Source: Felis catus (lineage: Eukaryota). Taken from it: a stretch of DNA of 64,000 nucleotides. Positions 49,465 through 63,020 of the stretch are shown here, piece after piece. The stretch covers positions 4,092,001 to 4,156,000 of the forward strand of contig NC_058368.1 in assembly GCF_018350175.1 (NCBI RefSeq). Direction: 5' to 3'. Position numbers and translations under genes: made by a program. Position 1 is the first letter of the stretch. Each line of letters begins with the position of its first letter. The notes under the pieces were generated by a model. The model did not search any database, was not told the DNA's origin, and worked only from the letters and a program-made list of their open reading frames with translations.

Positions 49465-49669
49465 CCTTGTGTCTGAACCAAAATGGTTGACTTAGTACCA
49501 CACCTGAAATTCACTTTTCAGAAGCTCTAAAAGTATGTATATTTATGTGTGCATATATGTGTATATAAAACAAAGAGATATTAATAAATGTATGATACAC
49601 ATTAACAATCTCTGTATCTCTAAAGTGATCTCAGTTTGCATACAGTCATAAAGACACAAAATACCTTAG

Positions 49670-49810
49670 GTTATAAAATTTCAGATGTCATAGCATTTCC
49701 CTGCCCCCACCCCAAGATTCTCCTTCAGTCAGGAATAAGGGGCCCTGGTGTTTGTATTTTCAACAACTCAGTGATTGATTCATTGCACATACAATTCTGA
49801 GAACCATCCA
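49670..49810. mobile_element. MER5A-like MITE
   Basis: CCCCACCCCAAGATTCT...GGGGCCCTGG...TTTGTATTTTCAACAA...GTGATT...TGAGAACCA. Confidence 0.65.
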
Positions 49811-49842
49811 TTTCAATAGACTATTATCAGTCATTCACTTCT

Positions 49843-50069
49843 TTTTTTAAAAAATTTTTTTAATGTTTATTTATTTTTGAGAGAGAGAGAGAGACAGAGC
49901 ATGGGCAGAGGAGGGGCAGAGAGAGAGGGAGACACAGAATCCAAAGCAGGTTCCAGGCTCTGAGCTGTCAGCACAGAGCCCGACGAGGGGCTCGAACTCA
50001 AGAGAACTGTGAGATCATGACCTAGGCCAAAGTCAGATGCTCAACCCAGCTGAGCCACCCAGGCACCCC
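49843..50069 (-). mobile_element. Can-SINE
   Basis: Perfect TSD ATCAGTCATTCACTTCT. Confidence 0.96.
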
Positions 50070-50309
50070 AATCAGTCATTCACTTCTAAGGAAAAATTCA
50101 TTTAAGCAGATTATTTTCCTCCTAATGACTAGGTTAGACCTTCACTAACTGCGAGGAGAAGAGCAAGAAATGGGGGGGGGGGAGTATTAAGAAAGGGAGA
50201 GAAGGTAAAGAGAGGAGTTCAAGTGAGCAAAGGTATTTTATGAAGGAAACAGAGAAAAAGAAGGGAGAAGCTTGGCGGGGGGGGTGGGGAATGGGTTCAT
50301 AATAAGAAA

Positions 50310-51335
50310 TGGGAATCAGAAATACGTATTTATATTAGAAGACTTATCTAGGATCAATTTAAAACCTTTAAAGATTCTAAGCACTGAAAAGATTATGACT
50401 TATCTGCTGAGAAGTTCTAAAGATGTTGACACCCTGGTGGCAATGAACATTCCCAGGGCCCTGACTTGGGTTTGTAAATACCATTCTGCAATAAAAGAAA
50501 TAGGATTCCTTGGAGCTGATTCTAGGGCTGGGGCAGGGAATATGCAACATGTGCCTGGAACACCTTGTAGCATCAGAAGGTAAGAGAGAACTCAGAAGAA
50601 CAAAGAATGGAAGTGTGTTAAAGGGACACAGGATCTAACCTGAAAGAGGTCCCAGTGGTCAAATCTGGAATAAGGAGAGCAACAGAATGACGTAGATTGG
50701 GATTATAACCCAAAGTATAAAATAAATACACATAATTATATAAGTAACACTGAATAAATAAATGAGGGAGAAGACACAAGGTTTTTGTACAGAAGAATTC
50801 CAAACAATACCAAGGAGGTGGAGTTTAATTGCCCTCCTCTGAGGATGGGCTGGGCTTAGTTACTTGCTTTCAAAGAATGAAGAACTGGAAAGAGAAAAAT
50901 AATAACTTTGCAACGGAGACATCTGATAAACCCTACCTGAAGCAGGTGGGGAAGGGTAACGTCACCAGCAACGTCCCGTAGATATCACGTGCCCTCAGTA
51001 TGACACATGAAAAAGACACCTGTGATATTCTTTCCAGAAATCCGTAATTCCAGTGCAATTATGAGAAGGACATCAGAAAGACCCAAATTACGGGACATCC
51101 TAGCAAATACCAGACTGGTACTCCTCATCACGTTCAAAGTTGTGAAAAATAAGGAAAGGCTGACAACTGTCACAGACCAGAGGAACCAAGGAGACATGAC
51201 AACGAAAGCAATGTGGCCTTTGGGACGGGATCATGGAATAGGAAAAGTGAATTAATGAGAAAACATATTGAAATTGTAATAAAGTCTGGAGTTTAGTTAA
51301 TAGTAATGTAACGATGTTAAATTTGAGTAATTTCA
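50310..51335 (+). mobile_element. L1MC/MD-like 3' UTR
   Basis: TAAATACCATTCTGCAATAAAAGAA...GATTCTAGGGCTGGGGCAGG...CATCAGAAAGACCCAAATT...AATAAAGTCTGGAGTTTAGTTAATAGTAATGTA. Confidence 0.8.
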
Positions 51336-52719
51336 AAATTACAACACCTATAACAAATAAAAGATCACGTTTCTAGTAGGACTACTGATACTTTCTGTAA
51401 TATGTAAAGCAAGGCATTTAAGACATTGGCTTGAGTCCTAACGTAATTAAGTTACGAACCATTTTTGGAAAACTAATATTGCACAAAACTATGTAAACCT
51501 TTCTGCTTCATTTTATGCACAGTAAACATCTGGATGTTTCCATTTACTTTACTGAATGAAAACCAGCTCATCCTCCAGGAAGCACAAAGTAACTACCATA
51601 TGCACTCACTAGCCAAAAGTTGCATAAATGAAAGCTCATGTAAAATTTCTGAAACTTTCCTTGAACTAAAAATAAGCAAAATGAGTTATTGATGACTAGA
51701 TCACTGATAAATTCACCCCAGGAGACATTCCAGAAGCTCTGGAGATAATCATCTGCTTCCACAATAAATGTCAGACTCTTGGCCCATGAGAAATTTCACT
51801 CTCTAAAGCGGTAACAGGTTTTGATTAATGCAAAAAAATTCTCTTTAAAGGTTCCAATAGGAAGCAAAATTTGGATAACTCAAGATACTCTGAGAAATTA
51901 GGTATTGTAATAGATAAGATGTTCATAAGATGTTCCATTTACAGGACCTTCATTCTTGATAAGTCCCAAGGTCCTTACACATAGCAGTGACACACTGTAT
52001 ACTTTTCTTTAGACACCTCCCTCTGGAGACAATTAACTGACTCAGAATCATTCTAGCTAGAGATCATTTATCCAGGGTTAACATTTGGTTATGTCTTTTT
52101 CTTCCTAGAATTATGAAATACTAATGATTCTCTGCAGCACCAGTTTCAAGAGAATACGCTAAGCCAGATACTTTCTGAATGTTTCTCATGGGTTGGCAAA
52201 TGATTCTGGGGTATGGGAGAGACACTTCCCTGGGCATCAAGTCCCACATAGTGACCAAGAGCACTTTTTTCTTTATACAAGGCCTTCTGAAGTAGTAAAG
52301 GGCAGGGAGGAAAGGAGAGGGAGAGCACAATTATATAGAAACGTTCGCAGCCGATTCATCCTACTAGGCGACCTGGAGTGCAGAAGCAGATATTCCCCCA
52401 GGGGACTGTTAAGTGTTTTACCTATATAAATGACTGGTGCTATGGACAAGAAAAAGCTTCCGGGTGGCTGTTCTCTTTGCCATGCACCATGGCAGGAATT
52501 CTACCGTGTCACATGAATCTGTGCCTAGATATTTGGATGAGTTCAAAGCTTAACTTTGAGGAAAACCCAACCTCTGCCCACGGCTGCCCAACCTTCCTAG
52601 CCCACCTTGAGTTGGGATTGTCTCCTTTCATTCCAACCCTGGCCAGATTTCTCAACATTTGTAGAAGGAGGCCACTCTTCCTCGTTTGGTAGCCAAAACA
52701 TACGGATTCTCTTAAAGAC

Positions 52720-52822
52720 TCCATTGAAAGTCCCTAGAGAACAGGAACTGTGTCTTTTTATCCCCAAGTCTAGCACAGGCCTAGCCTGATGAACAATAAA
52801 TATTCATTGGCTGATGAAATAA
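52720..52822 (+). mobile_element. L2 3' end
   Basis: TTGAAAGTCCCTAGAGAACAGGAACTGTGTC...TCTAGCACAGGCCTAGC...AATAAATATTCATTGGCTGA. Confidence 0.7.
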
Positions 52823-53078
52823 ATACTATGTTATCACCCAAGCCCCTTGTGTAAAGTCTGATGCTCTCCACTCAGTACTGATCGCTAGGAAAAGGTTGTC
52901 TCTATTAAGGAATTTATGAACATCCAACATTAGAATTCTTTAACCCATTAAGCTTACGTTTCTGTCCTGGCTGCCCAGTCAGAACCAAATACAGAGGCCC
53001 TCCCTCATCCCTGCTGGGGAAACTTCCGAGCCCCCGGTGGATGCCTGAAACCACCGATAGAACCGTACCCTGTATTTA

Positions 53079-53561
53079 CAGACAGTCCCCTTACTTATAG
53101 TGGTTTGACTTGGGATTTTTTGAGTTCACAATAGTGCCAAAGTGACATGCGTTGGGTATGAGCCATACTTGAATTTTGCATTTGGATCTTTTCCCGGGCT
53201 AGCGGTACGTGGGAGGGTCCTCTCCCGTGATGCTGCGGCTCCCAGCCAGGCACACCGTCCCCAGGCCCAACAACCGTTCCGCACCCAGACCTCCACGGTA
53301 CCTGTCACTTTCAGGATGGCATTCGATCAGTTACGTGAGCTACTTAGCACGTGGTGAAAAAATAGGCTTTGTGTTCGATGATTTTGCCCAACCGTCAGCT
53401 AAAGTCAGTGTTGTGAGGTAAGATAGGCTCGGCTGTGACGTTTGGTAGGTTAGGTGTATTAAAGGCATTTTGACTTACAATATTTTCAACCTACCATGGG
53501 CTTATAGGGATTAACCATAATCAGCCTCTTCCATCTTCCATCATAAGCCGAGGAAGATCTG
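53079..53561 (-). mobile_element. Tigger-family MITE, MER47/Tigger5-like, nested in MER44
   Basis: CAGACAGTCCCCTTACTTA...GGTAGGTTAGGTGTATTAAA...ATAAGCCGAGGAAGATCTG; TA TSD at 53077-78 and 53562-63. Confidence 0.85.
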
Positions 53562-53595
53562 TACTATGTTTTTTTCCTATAAAAACATACCTATG

Positions 53596-53804
53596 GCTCA
53601 GTCGGTTAAGCACCCAACTTGAGGTTTCGACTCAGGTCATAATCTCACGGTGGTTCATGAGATCGAGCCCTGCATCAGGCTCCACACGGTCAGCAGGGAG
53701 TCTGCTTGGCATTCTCTCTCTCCCTCTCTCTGCCCCTTCCCCGCTCGTGCACACACAGACTCCTTCTCTTTCTCTCTCAAAATAAATAAATAAGCATTAA
53801 AAAA
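53596..53804 (+). mobile_element. 5'-truncated Can-SINE in MER44
   Basis: TSD ATACCTATG. Confidence 0.93.
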
Positions 53805-56800
53805 ATACCTATGATAAAGTTCAGTTCATAAGTTAGACACCACATGAGATTAACAACAATAACTAATGACAAAATAGAACAACTCTAACGATACACGTAA
53901 CAAAAGTTCCGTGAATGTGGTCGCTCTCGAAATATCTTATTGTATGGCTCTCACCCCTCTTGTGACGACGTGAGATGATAAAATGCCTCCGTGAGGAAAT
54001 GAGGGAGGTGACCCAACGTTAGGCTACTACTGACCTTCTGATGATACAGGTAACTAAATACGGGTAACTGAAAACTGCAGATAATGGGGTCACAGTAACG
54101 AGACTAACCAGATATTTTCCTTTCTCATTTTGATTAAACTTACTGTTTAATTATATTCTATCCTAAGCTGCCTCAAATTTGAAAAGCGAGTCATCATTAA
54201 ATAAATTAACCCATGGAGAGCTGATCCATGGTTCCAACAAGGTGTTCTGTTCTCCTCCAGGAGACACATGGAGACTTAGTTCCTTCCTCCCCTGTCCTGG
54301 GGGCAGGAGAGTTTTCCATTCTTCCCCTAGGGCAGTCAGGTTTTGTCTTTGCCTCTTCAGAAGCAGAAGTTCTTGCCTGCTTCCCCAGTAGAGACTTTGC
54401 TCTCCTCCCTTAACCATTAAGGCTTTTGCTTTGTAAGAGGAAAGGTGTGTGGGTGGCATTTGTGCGGGTCCCCAGAGGCAGCTGCTCACTTCTGTCACCC
54501 TGCCACTGACAGGGGCTCCCCCTGCCCAGTCTCCTGCATGAACAGCCCGTGAGTGAGCGCGTTCTCCCTTTAGGTCTGGGCCCCCAGTTATTCCAGACAG
54601 ACACGCTCACCCCCGCTTGGGCTTTAGGAATCTGTCAAGATTGTAACCGATTCCTTCTTACTTGCTTGTAGGGTGGCCGCCTCCCTTTACGCACTGCCCA
54701 AGGTGCAGCAACTCACAGATCTGGCTGCTGGAAAGGGTGGTCCCTCTTTGAAATGCCATTCACTCAGTGGCCTTGTGACCTCAACTTTCTGACGGGCTTC
54801 TGAAAAGTTACCATGTTGTAGACGATCCAGCCTTTTGTCATCGGCAGGGTGGGAGCGATGCCTTTGGCGGTTTTCTACACGCTCCGTGGAAGCAGAACTC
54901 ACCAGAAGTGGCATTTTCCACCACCATTGGGGTGTGTGCATCGACTGTTTGGCTAACTCCCTCTCAGCTGCAGGTTGACATTTCTATTCCTTGAGGCCAA
55001 CGGCATCCACTGGGCCAGGGATCTGATCCTTTGCCGGGGCTCCCGTACCAATCAGACCCATGACTTGAGTTTTATTAGTTTCCTTAGTACCGTGCCCACA
55101 GCACCTGGGAAACCAGCCACCCTGATGTGAAGTCAGATTACACAACAGGGGCCGAGAATAGGTGCCTTGTACACAGCGATCGTTTATCATAGCAGGCTTC
55201 TATTGGGGCAGGATCTCATAAATTCTCATAACAGGATCTTTGGCTCACACAGTACAAAGAGAAATAGAGATGAAGTCTTCTAGTAATTAATATTTGGTAA
55301 CTTGATCAACACAGTCCATCCGAATAATTTAAGCCTCCGTGATACTAGCTGTCTAAAGTTACAATGAACTCGGTTTATATGAATTAGCCCATGCAGAGTT
55401 ATACTTTTTCTTAAGGTTTATCATTTCAGGAAAATCTGCAATGAAGTCCGTATGGAAAATGAAGGTTTAGTGCCTTCCTAAAAGTTATTTTTTCAAACTA
55501 TAGAGGCCACTACAAATACATCTTCACTAATAATCAGCTTTCTTACTGTCTTTATGTTTCTGCGTTAACTTGTCCTTGTATGGTTACTGTTTCTGGCTGG
55601 TGTTATATCAGGCCTGGTAAAAGAAAGCAAAATGTCCATTTGAGTGATCATAAGACTACAGTGTCATTAACACCAACTTTCATGAAGTTGCCTAAAGATC
55701 GTACCCCCCAAAATTGTATTGTTTCAAGTTTTGAAGCAAGTAGTCTTAAGTCTAAATAATGGCAGATGACCGTTGGTTTCCCAATAAAAAGTTAACAATA
55801 CAGTTACACTATTACGGGGGCCCATGCGCTCCAACGTTTTCTGAGGCAATTTTTTATAGTTTAAATTACAAATACCAGAAGTCAAAGGTTTATAATCAAA
55901 GCCTTACATTCTGGTTTCACGAATCCCAGACAGGGAGCCAAACAGGGAGCACATACCTTTTTAATTGAGTCTTCTAGCCAGAGCCCCCGGCAGAGCTGAG
56001 AGTGAGACTTCCAGTAACTGGGGGCAGGGGTAGCGTCTTCCGGTGGGATTCCCCAAGGGATCCTCCAAGGAGTGGGCCTGTGCCCAACCCAGAGGTGATA
56101 GATTATTCCCAAAGAGCAGCATGGGGGCGATCACGTCTGATAGAAAAAGCATTCCCTTTTGAATTTATGACGCTATGCTAGTTGAATAGAGCAAAAGCCT
56201 GTCTGACTTTCTTATGTACCCAACTTAGTAAGTTTTCTTTTGCAGTTAAGAATGACAGAGCAAGCCCGTGTTTCTAGAAGCCAAACCAGTCCAAACTTTT
56301 CTCCGGAGAAGAGACAAGGCACAATACTATATCTAAAATGAAAAGCTTGGCCAATCACTTGTTAGATCAGAAACACATGTAGAAGAAAAAAAAAAAGCCA
56401 GATACACAGGTATTTTATCTCAACCAAACGATATTTTAGACAAGGATATTAGCTTTCTTTAAGCATTTATAACAGATCACCCAATTTCACAATCTCATTT
56501 CTTAGGCTGTCTCTTATCAATTAGCTGAATGTTGATTTATTCTTTAATGATAAGAGTTATTTGGAATATAAACATTTTCAAAAAATTAAAATCCTCTTCT
56601 AGGCCTGTCCTCAATTTTTTCACTCATTTAAAAAAAAATTTTAAAGGTTTTATTTGATCGGAGACTTTCTAGCCGATGGAATAGAACATGTATTTTGCGA
56701 GAAAATATGCTCTTTGCAATCGCTTAAGTTCTAGGTCCGAAGCTATTGAGATTTTTCCATCACCTTGCTTTGTTCAGATTTGTATAAGCTGTTGCAAAAT

Positions 56801-56856
56801 ACCGCCGCCTTTCATATGAGTTCCTTTGTTTTAAAAGGCTACGTTTACTTACGACA

Positions 56857-56888
56857 GAATTGTAATTGATCTGAATTGTAATTGATCT
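56857..56888 (+). repeat. Perfect 16-bp tandem duplication
   Basis: GAATTGTAATTGATCT x2. Confidence 0.95.
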
Positions 56889-59548
56889 AAGCAAGATCTA
56901 AAACTACAAGCCAAAGCATCGTTTCCAAAGGAGCCACTTGTGCTCTTAAACGTGGCCAGTTCACTCCACAATGGCATCTCTTCAATATCGTTTAGCCACA
57001 TCTGTTTCACGGATTTATCTGGAAAACAAAAGGGTTATGAGAGCCTGCAAGGCATTGATGTGGCCACCAAACATGAATTCAATTCCTCTGTCTTTGAAAT
57101 AGCCCTCCCAAGACACGTTCTATGCGTTTGATTCCATGTGGAACAGCTTAGGTAATTCAAGAGGACTTCAATATTAGATCAAAAGTGTATTTCCAGATGC
57201 CACTTTAAAATAACAAACAGAGCTCTGTAGCTTACATCCCAATAGAGGCAACATTTGGAACAACGCTTATCATCAACAGCACCAGCTTCTGCTGATTAAA
57301 AACGTGAATCTGTTCTTTTGAAAAGGCTACCAAAATATTTTGTACCAATCAAAACAGAGTTTAACGGAGTCTATTAAACGCCCACCGTCCCTTGTCCCTC
57401 TGTGAAGGCACCGTGCCTGTCCTGAGGAGAAGGAAACGCGTGACAGGAACAGGTAAGAATTTGTGTCCGGAAGAGTGACTTTCGTTAGAAAAAAATCAGA
57501 GACTAAATGGAAGTCAGTGAAAAGAGAGAATAAAGATTTCAGGTGTAGAGTTTCCTCGTCAGTATTTCTGCCTGGTTCTTTTTCTAGGCCCTTCTCTAGT
57601 TCACTCAGCCAACGTCACCCACCTCTCCTTGACGTTTCCAGGCACCTTCGTAAGTGATCCTCTGAGGACAGTGATATCATCGTACGAAGGAGATTTCTCT
57701 CCCAAAGTAGGCACTAGTTTCTTTGAGCATCTGTACCACACCTTCAGATTTGCGTGTCCCCTACTGTCTTCCAATTACAGATCTTCTACGTAGTCGCTGT
57801 TGACTGAATGTTGAGTTGAAGCAGAGGGGACGGAATGGAGGAAAGGGACACTAAAGAATAGAGATGGAAGAAGACGTTTCTTCAAAATCAAAAAAAGTTC
57901 ACAAAAACGTTCTCCAAGAATGAAGAAATTCATTCCCATTATTCAGGGCCACTGACATAGGGAATGGAAGCACTATTCTTCTAAAGGAAAGTCTTTGCGT
58001 TCCATCACATGTCCTGATAAACCACTTCTCCATCTTATAAACTAAGGGTGCACGTGGAGCGGGGAGGAAGGGAACGCACCTGTTCTGAACACCAGGTGCA
58101 ATCAGGGCTCCACTTATGGTCCTGCTCCCCAACCCAGGTTCCCAGCTGTAGAACATCAAGGAGCAGTGACGGAGATGAGCTGAATTTGACATCGTTATCA
58201 GTGAAGACTTCAGTCTGTCTTGCCTCCTATTAGCTTAGCTCAGAGTTTTCATCCATCCCTCCAGGAGAGGAAAGGAGAGGAGAGGGGAGAGGAGAGGAGG
58301 AGAGAAAGAGGGAAAGAGAGGCAAGAAAGAAAGACCAAATTCTTTCCAAAGTGGCAAAAACAGCACAATGAAAATGTCTCCATATATTCTTCAAAATCTC
58401 ACCCAGAAAAGCCACTTCAAACACTCAAGGTAGAACATGATACTCTTGGATCATTCCCGAAGTGTGGCTCAATCACAAAAATCTAAATGGCTCCTTGGCA
58501 ATAAAGAAACAAAAATATAAATAATGCTGCTTCAACGTTTCTAAATGATAGTAGCCTGGAAATGCTCCCCTCCCCCAAAAAGATTAGCCTGTGTGTTAGA
58601 CAGGCGTATTGGAGGGACTGTCTCTCTTAATCACTGAAAATAATATTCCCTTTCTCACTAACTTAATCCAGAATAATCTTCTCACATTATTATGACACTT
58701 TTAGAAAGAAAACACCTGTGTGTATCACCTGGCACAATTTAAAACTTGTTAACAAGGTGGTGACAAGGAATTGGATGCCATTTAGCAGTGGTAGCTACAT
58801 GTTTCCAATAAACAAAGTTGAGTTTGAGCTCCCCAACGGCTTGCTTGCCAACAGTTTAACTGCGTGCCTTTCCTTCAGTGAGAGGTAGGTCTTTGCCAGC
58901 AGGTGGTGCAAAAACCATATTGTAGAAAATATCCACAGAAGACAATAGGGTATCCCTAGCTGGGTATTCATGGTACCCATGGGCATTCCTTTTGGAAGAA
59001 GTGATGGTAGAGTTCCTGTTTTATCATCAATTGATATGCTATTGCCATAATGCGTCACCTCCTCCCAACCCGAGCCACCTTGCTGATTCTATACATTGGG
59101 GTGGACCTCACGCTGACCCATTTTAGCCATCATGACAAACGCCACTATTGGTTCGCGTTCGCCTCATTTGTTCTTCTTTCTCCAACTGCTTAAGGTTAAC
59201 GCCAGACCCGCACAAGCTCATCAGCTGTCCCCAAGGGACACAAGTTATTTGTGATGTGACTCCAAGAGTGCCATACTCTTCTTCTCACTCCGCCCGGTAG
59301 GACTCACGATGAGGGACAGGGTCCTGAGATCTGATGGATCTTGTCTGCTAACTTGAGTGTCCCTTTCCCTGCCTCAGTCTCTGATTCCACTCGGCGATGA
59401 GATCCCATACAATCAAGACTGGTCCAAAGCAACCTATTATTACTAGTGAGTGACAGAAATACTGAATCACGGGATGCGTTATGGAGAATAAACAAAATCG
59501 GCCTAAAATGTAAAGCGCTTGGTAAGTTAAAATGAGCATAGAACTTTT

Positions 59549-59765
59549 TTTTTTTTTTTTTTCAACGTTTATTTATTTTTGGGACAGAGAGAGACAGAGC
59601 ATGAACAGGGGAGGGGCAGAGAGAGAGGGAGACACAGAATCGGAAACAGGCTCCAGGCTCCGAGCCATCAGCCCAGAGCCCGACGCGGGGCTCGAACTCA
59701 CGGACCGCGAGATCGTGACCTGGCTGAAGTCGGACGCTTAACCAACTGCGCCACCCAGGCGCCCC
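59549..59765 (-). mobile_element. Young felid Can-SINE
   Basis: TSD AGCATAGAACTTTT; near-consensus with CpGs intact. Confidence 0.97.
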
Positions 59766-60231
59766 AAGCATAGAACTTTTGAAGAGTTTAAAATCTGATT
59801 CTTTCTTCTCTGACCTCCTCCAAATTCCTTAACCTTTCTGCACTTCAGTTTATTTCTTTACTTACTTATTTTTGCCACCTGAAAAGGGAAAACGTGAGGT
59901 AAGTCTAGAGAAAAAAGTCCAGAGAAAAAAGAATAAACTAGACCCAAATTTAATTCTTATTCCCTGTTCCAGGCACTGTGCTTTGGACTTTCACAAACAT
60001 CAGTGAAACAGCTACGGAGGTATGGTTCTGGAATTCAGATCCAAGCCTTGGGTCTTCCAGTGTGTTTCTTTTCATATACGGATCCATAAATGCTAATTCA
60101 ATCCCAGGTTACAGGCTCTAGTATTCAGACCCAAGTGATCCCACGGAGTGAAAGTGACGGCGGATGTATGGTTCTCCTTCTAAGGATGCCAGTGTTATAG
60201 GGACACTGATCAGAGGAAAATCCCCCTCCCA

Positions 60232-60232
<1 letters not shown>

Positions 60233-60262
<30 letters not shown>
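60233..60262 (+). repeat. (AC)n microsatellite
   Basis: About 15 units. Confidence 0.97.
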
Positions 60263-60264
<2 letters not shown>

Positions 60265-60273
60265 TTCACTTTA

Positions 60274-60486
60274 TTATTTTTTTAAGTTTATTTTTATTTT
60301 TTCTGAGACCGAGAGAAAGACAGCAAGTGGGGGAGGGGCAGAGAGAAAGGGAGACAGAATCCCAAGCAGGCTCCACGATGTCAGCACAGAACCCGCTGCG
60401 GGGATCGAACTCACGAACCCTGAGATCATGACCTGAGCTAAAATCAAGAGCCCGACGCTCAACCAACTAAGCCACTCGGGCGCCCC
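60274..60486 (-). mobile_element. Can-SINE
   Basis: Flanking repeat GTTCACTTTA. Confidence 0.94.
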
Positions 60487-61953
60487 TGCAGTTCACTTTA
60501 AAACGGACTCCAATCTTACACATGGTAGGATGATCCTAGAAAGCCTGGACATCCTGCCATGTGTCACGGAGAAGGCTTTCTGCCAGTGAATCTGTCTACT
60601 TCCTTTCAGCTCACCTCAGCGTAGGACCAAGTACTCCGACCCAAGTAGGAGAGTAGACAGTCTCCCTCATTCCCCACTCTTCCGTGATAGTCAGAGATAT
60701 CCTTGGGTAACCTGGACAGGCCTTAAATGATCCCACCATTTGGATGGCCGCCTGGACCACTTCCAAGCTCTGCCCGTCAGCTTTCACTCCCCGCGAGCTC
60801 GCTTCTCCTATGTGCACCTGCATTCCACAGGGGCCCGCTGGGTCCCGCAACCCCGCTCAACCTGCCCTCCTCCACGTCTCTGTTCTCACCACCAAGCCCT
60901 TCCAGGAGCCACTCTGGGGACCTAACAGTCTCCTGCCCCCAACCTATAAGACTCTTGGGTTCTCAGACGAACCCTTACTTAGTTATGGTTGCGTTCAGTT
61001 GCATTTACCTGTCACAAAAAATTTAGGGCAGATCTGATTCATCCCCACCCTGCCACCAAATTATTTTCTCCAACCTAATTCTATCCAAACACAGAACTTT
61101 ATATGCTCCATAAATGCAGGGTTTTTCTTTACCTGTAGTGAAAATCTAGGTTTTCTATATAATTCTTTACACTTGCATCAGATAGCATATTTCGTACTGA
61201 TTCCCACTATCCACCGACTCTCATTATATTTGCAGACGCCTTACCTTAAGACACATTTTGTTCCTAATATGTTCTAATGTCACACATAAGAATGTAAATG
61301 TTTGGTACAGGTTTTATCCTTTTCATTGCTAATTCTACTTGGGCCTATTTTTTTCTACTCAACTTTTGCATCAAGTTTATCAAGTGAATGATCCGGATGA
61401 CAGAAGAGCCCGTATGTCATTTTTCATATTACCCGTGTTATTCAGTACGTATTTACTAAACATCGACAAAAATGCAAGACACAAAGCCTAGCCCCAGGAA
61501 ACAAAAAACAGTTGAAAAGTGATACGCTCAGCCCTGAAGGAGTCTATGGCCTCGAAAAGGGAAAAAATTAAGAGTGTACATACAGCTCCACTAGGAAGCA
61601 GAGTGAGGTAAGCCTGTCGCAGAGGCATAAACAAAGTGGTCGAGAAACACAGGGAGGGGGGATTTTTCTGGGAGAGTGCAGCCTCTGCTCTCTTTCGGAA
61701 AATGAACCAGGGAGGGGATGGGGCGAGCAGTCTGTGCCATTTGAGGATAATGGCATTCACACGGCCAAAACAAACAGAGGACACGTTCCAGGCAGGGGGA
61801 CAGCATGCCCAAATCAGAGACGACCCGGCATGCTGGGGAGACGCGGTGAACTTTTTGCCAAAGCCCACCTCTGGCAACGGAGAACCGAGACAGATGACAC
61901 CCGTAGGCACTGAATTGAAAAGGAGGGTGTGGGTTCAAGAGATATTTGAGCCA

Positions 61954-62163
61954 GGGGCACCTGAGTGATTCAGTGGGCAAGCGTCCGACTTCAGCTCAGG
62001 TCACCATCTCACAGTCTGTGAGTTCGAGCCCCGCGTCGGGCTCTGTGCTGACAGCTCGGAGCCTGGAGCCTGCTTCGGGTTCTGTGTCTCCCTCTCTCTC
62101 TGCCCCTCCCCGGCTCATGCTCTGTCTCTCTCTTTGTCTCAAAAATAAATAAACTTTAAAAAA
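61954..62163 (+). mobile_element. Can-SINE
   Basis: Full body plus tail. Confidence 0.95.
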
Positions 62164-62394
62164 GATTTAAAGAACAGCCTCCGGAATTTGGCATGTGGTT
62201 GGGTAGGAGATCACGAGTCCACAGAGTCCCTTCTAAGCAAAAGGCAAAGTTTTAAGTCTGCAGCCTTTATCAAATTGCACTGCATTTGTTTATACATATA
62301 TCTTATTCCTTACTTACATTTTACTCCTAAAGGATCTTTTTTCCATTTTTGCACCTATGTTCAACCGTATTTGGTTGCATTGAGAAAGGGCTAT

Positions 62395-62720
62395 AAATAT
62401 CATCTTTAGAGCATTGCTAATTCAAGTCAGGGATCGAGAGGTGCCAAGGGAGAGAGGAGACAGAAGACCAAAGACAGATCTCCCCTCTAGGGAACACCTC
62501 CATTGAAAGGATAGGAGAATGTGGGAGACGTAGTTGAAGGAGGGCCCAGAAAGAGCGAGATGCCAGAGAGTGGAGGCCACTACATCTCACAAGCCATGAG
62601 GTCAGTGGTGCCTTGTGTTGACAAAAGGGAGGGATGAGAAACTCTCATAAATGCCTAAGGGGCCCCAGGATGCTGGGCATTGGCTGGGTGAGCTACAGCA
62701 GGGAAGCAGGGACCCCGGTC
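62395..62720 (-). mobile_element. L2 LINE fragment
   Basis: AGAAGACCAAAGACAGA...AGGGAACACC...CACAAGCCATGAGG, reverse L2-like. Confidence 0.5.
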
Positions 62721-62789
62721 TCATCTTATGGGGAGCAGTCCTCAGCTCGAGGGAGTGTTGACTCGGCACATTCAAATCTTCCGAGGTTT

Positions 62790-63020
62790 GGGGGCGCCTG
62801 GGTGGGTCAGTCGGTTGAGCGTCCGACTTCAGCTCAGGTCACGATCTCGCAGTTGATAAGTTCGAGCCCTGCGTCGGGCTCTGGGCTGACGGCTCGGAGC
62901 CTGGAGCCTGGAGCCTGCTTCGGATTCTGTGTCTCCCTCTCTCCCTGCCCCTCCCCGCTCAAGCTCTGTCTCTGTCTCAAAAATAAATATAAAAAAAAAA
63001 AAAAAAAAAAAAAAAACGTT
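62790..63020 (+). mobile_element. Can-SINE (young)
   Basis: Perfect TSD AAATCTTCCGAGGTTT; long A tail; extra GGAGCCT unit. Confidence 0.97.

Larger units (their letters stand above)
52992..54095 (-). mobile_element. Tigger-family DNA transposon derivative, MER44-like
   Basis: CCCCCGGTGGATGCCTGAAACCACCGATAG at the left, CGGGTAACTGAAAACTGCAGATAATGGGG at the right; TA on both flanks (52990-91, 54096-97). Confidence 0.85.

Noticed and set aside
51914..51935. 11-bp tandem duplication ATAAGATGTTC x2
   Set aside because: Ordinary slippage product with no supporting context
54662..54800. Minus-strand coding exon (TTTTCAG ... CAA|GTAAGA)
   Set aside because: All three frames contain stops and the acceptor is weak
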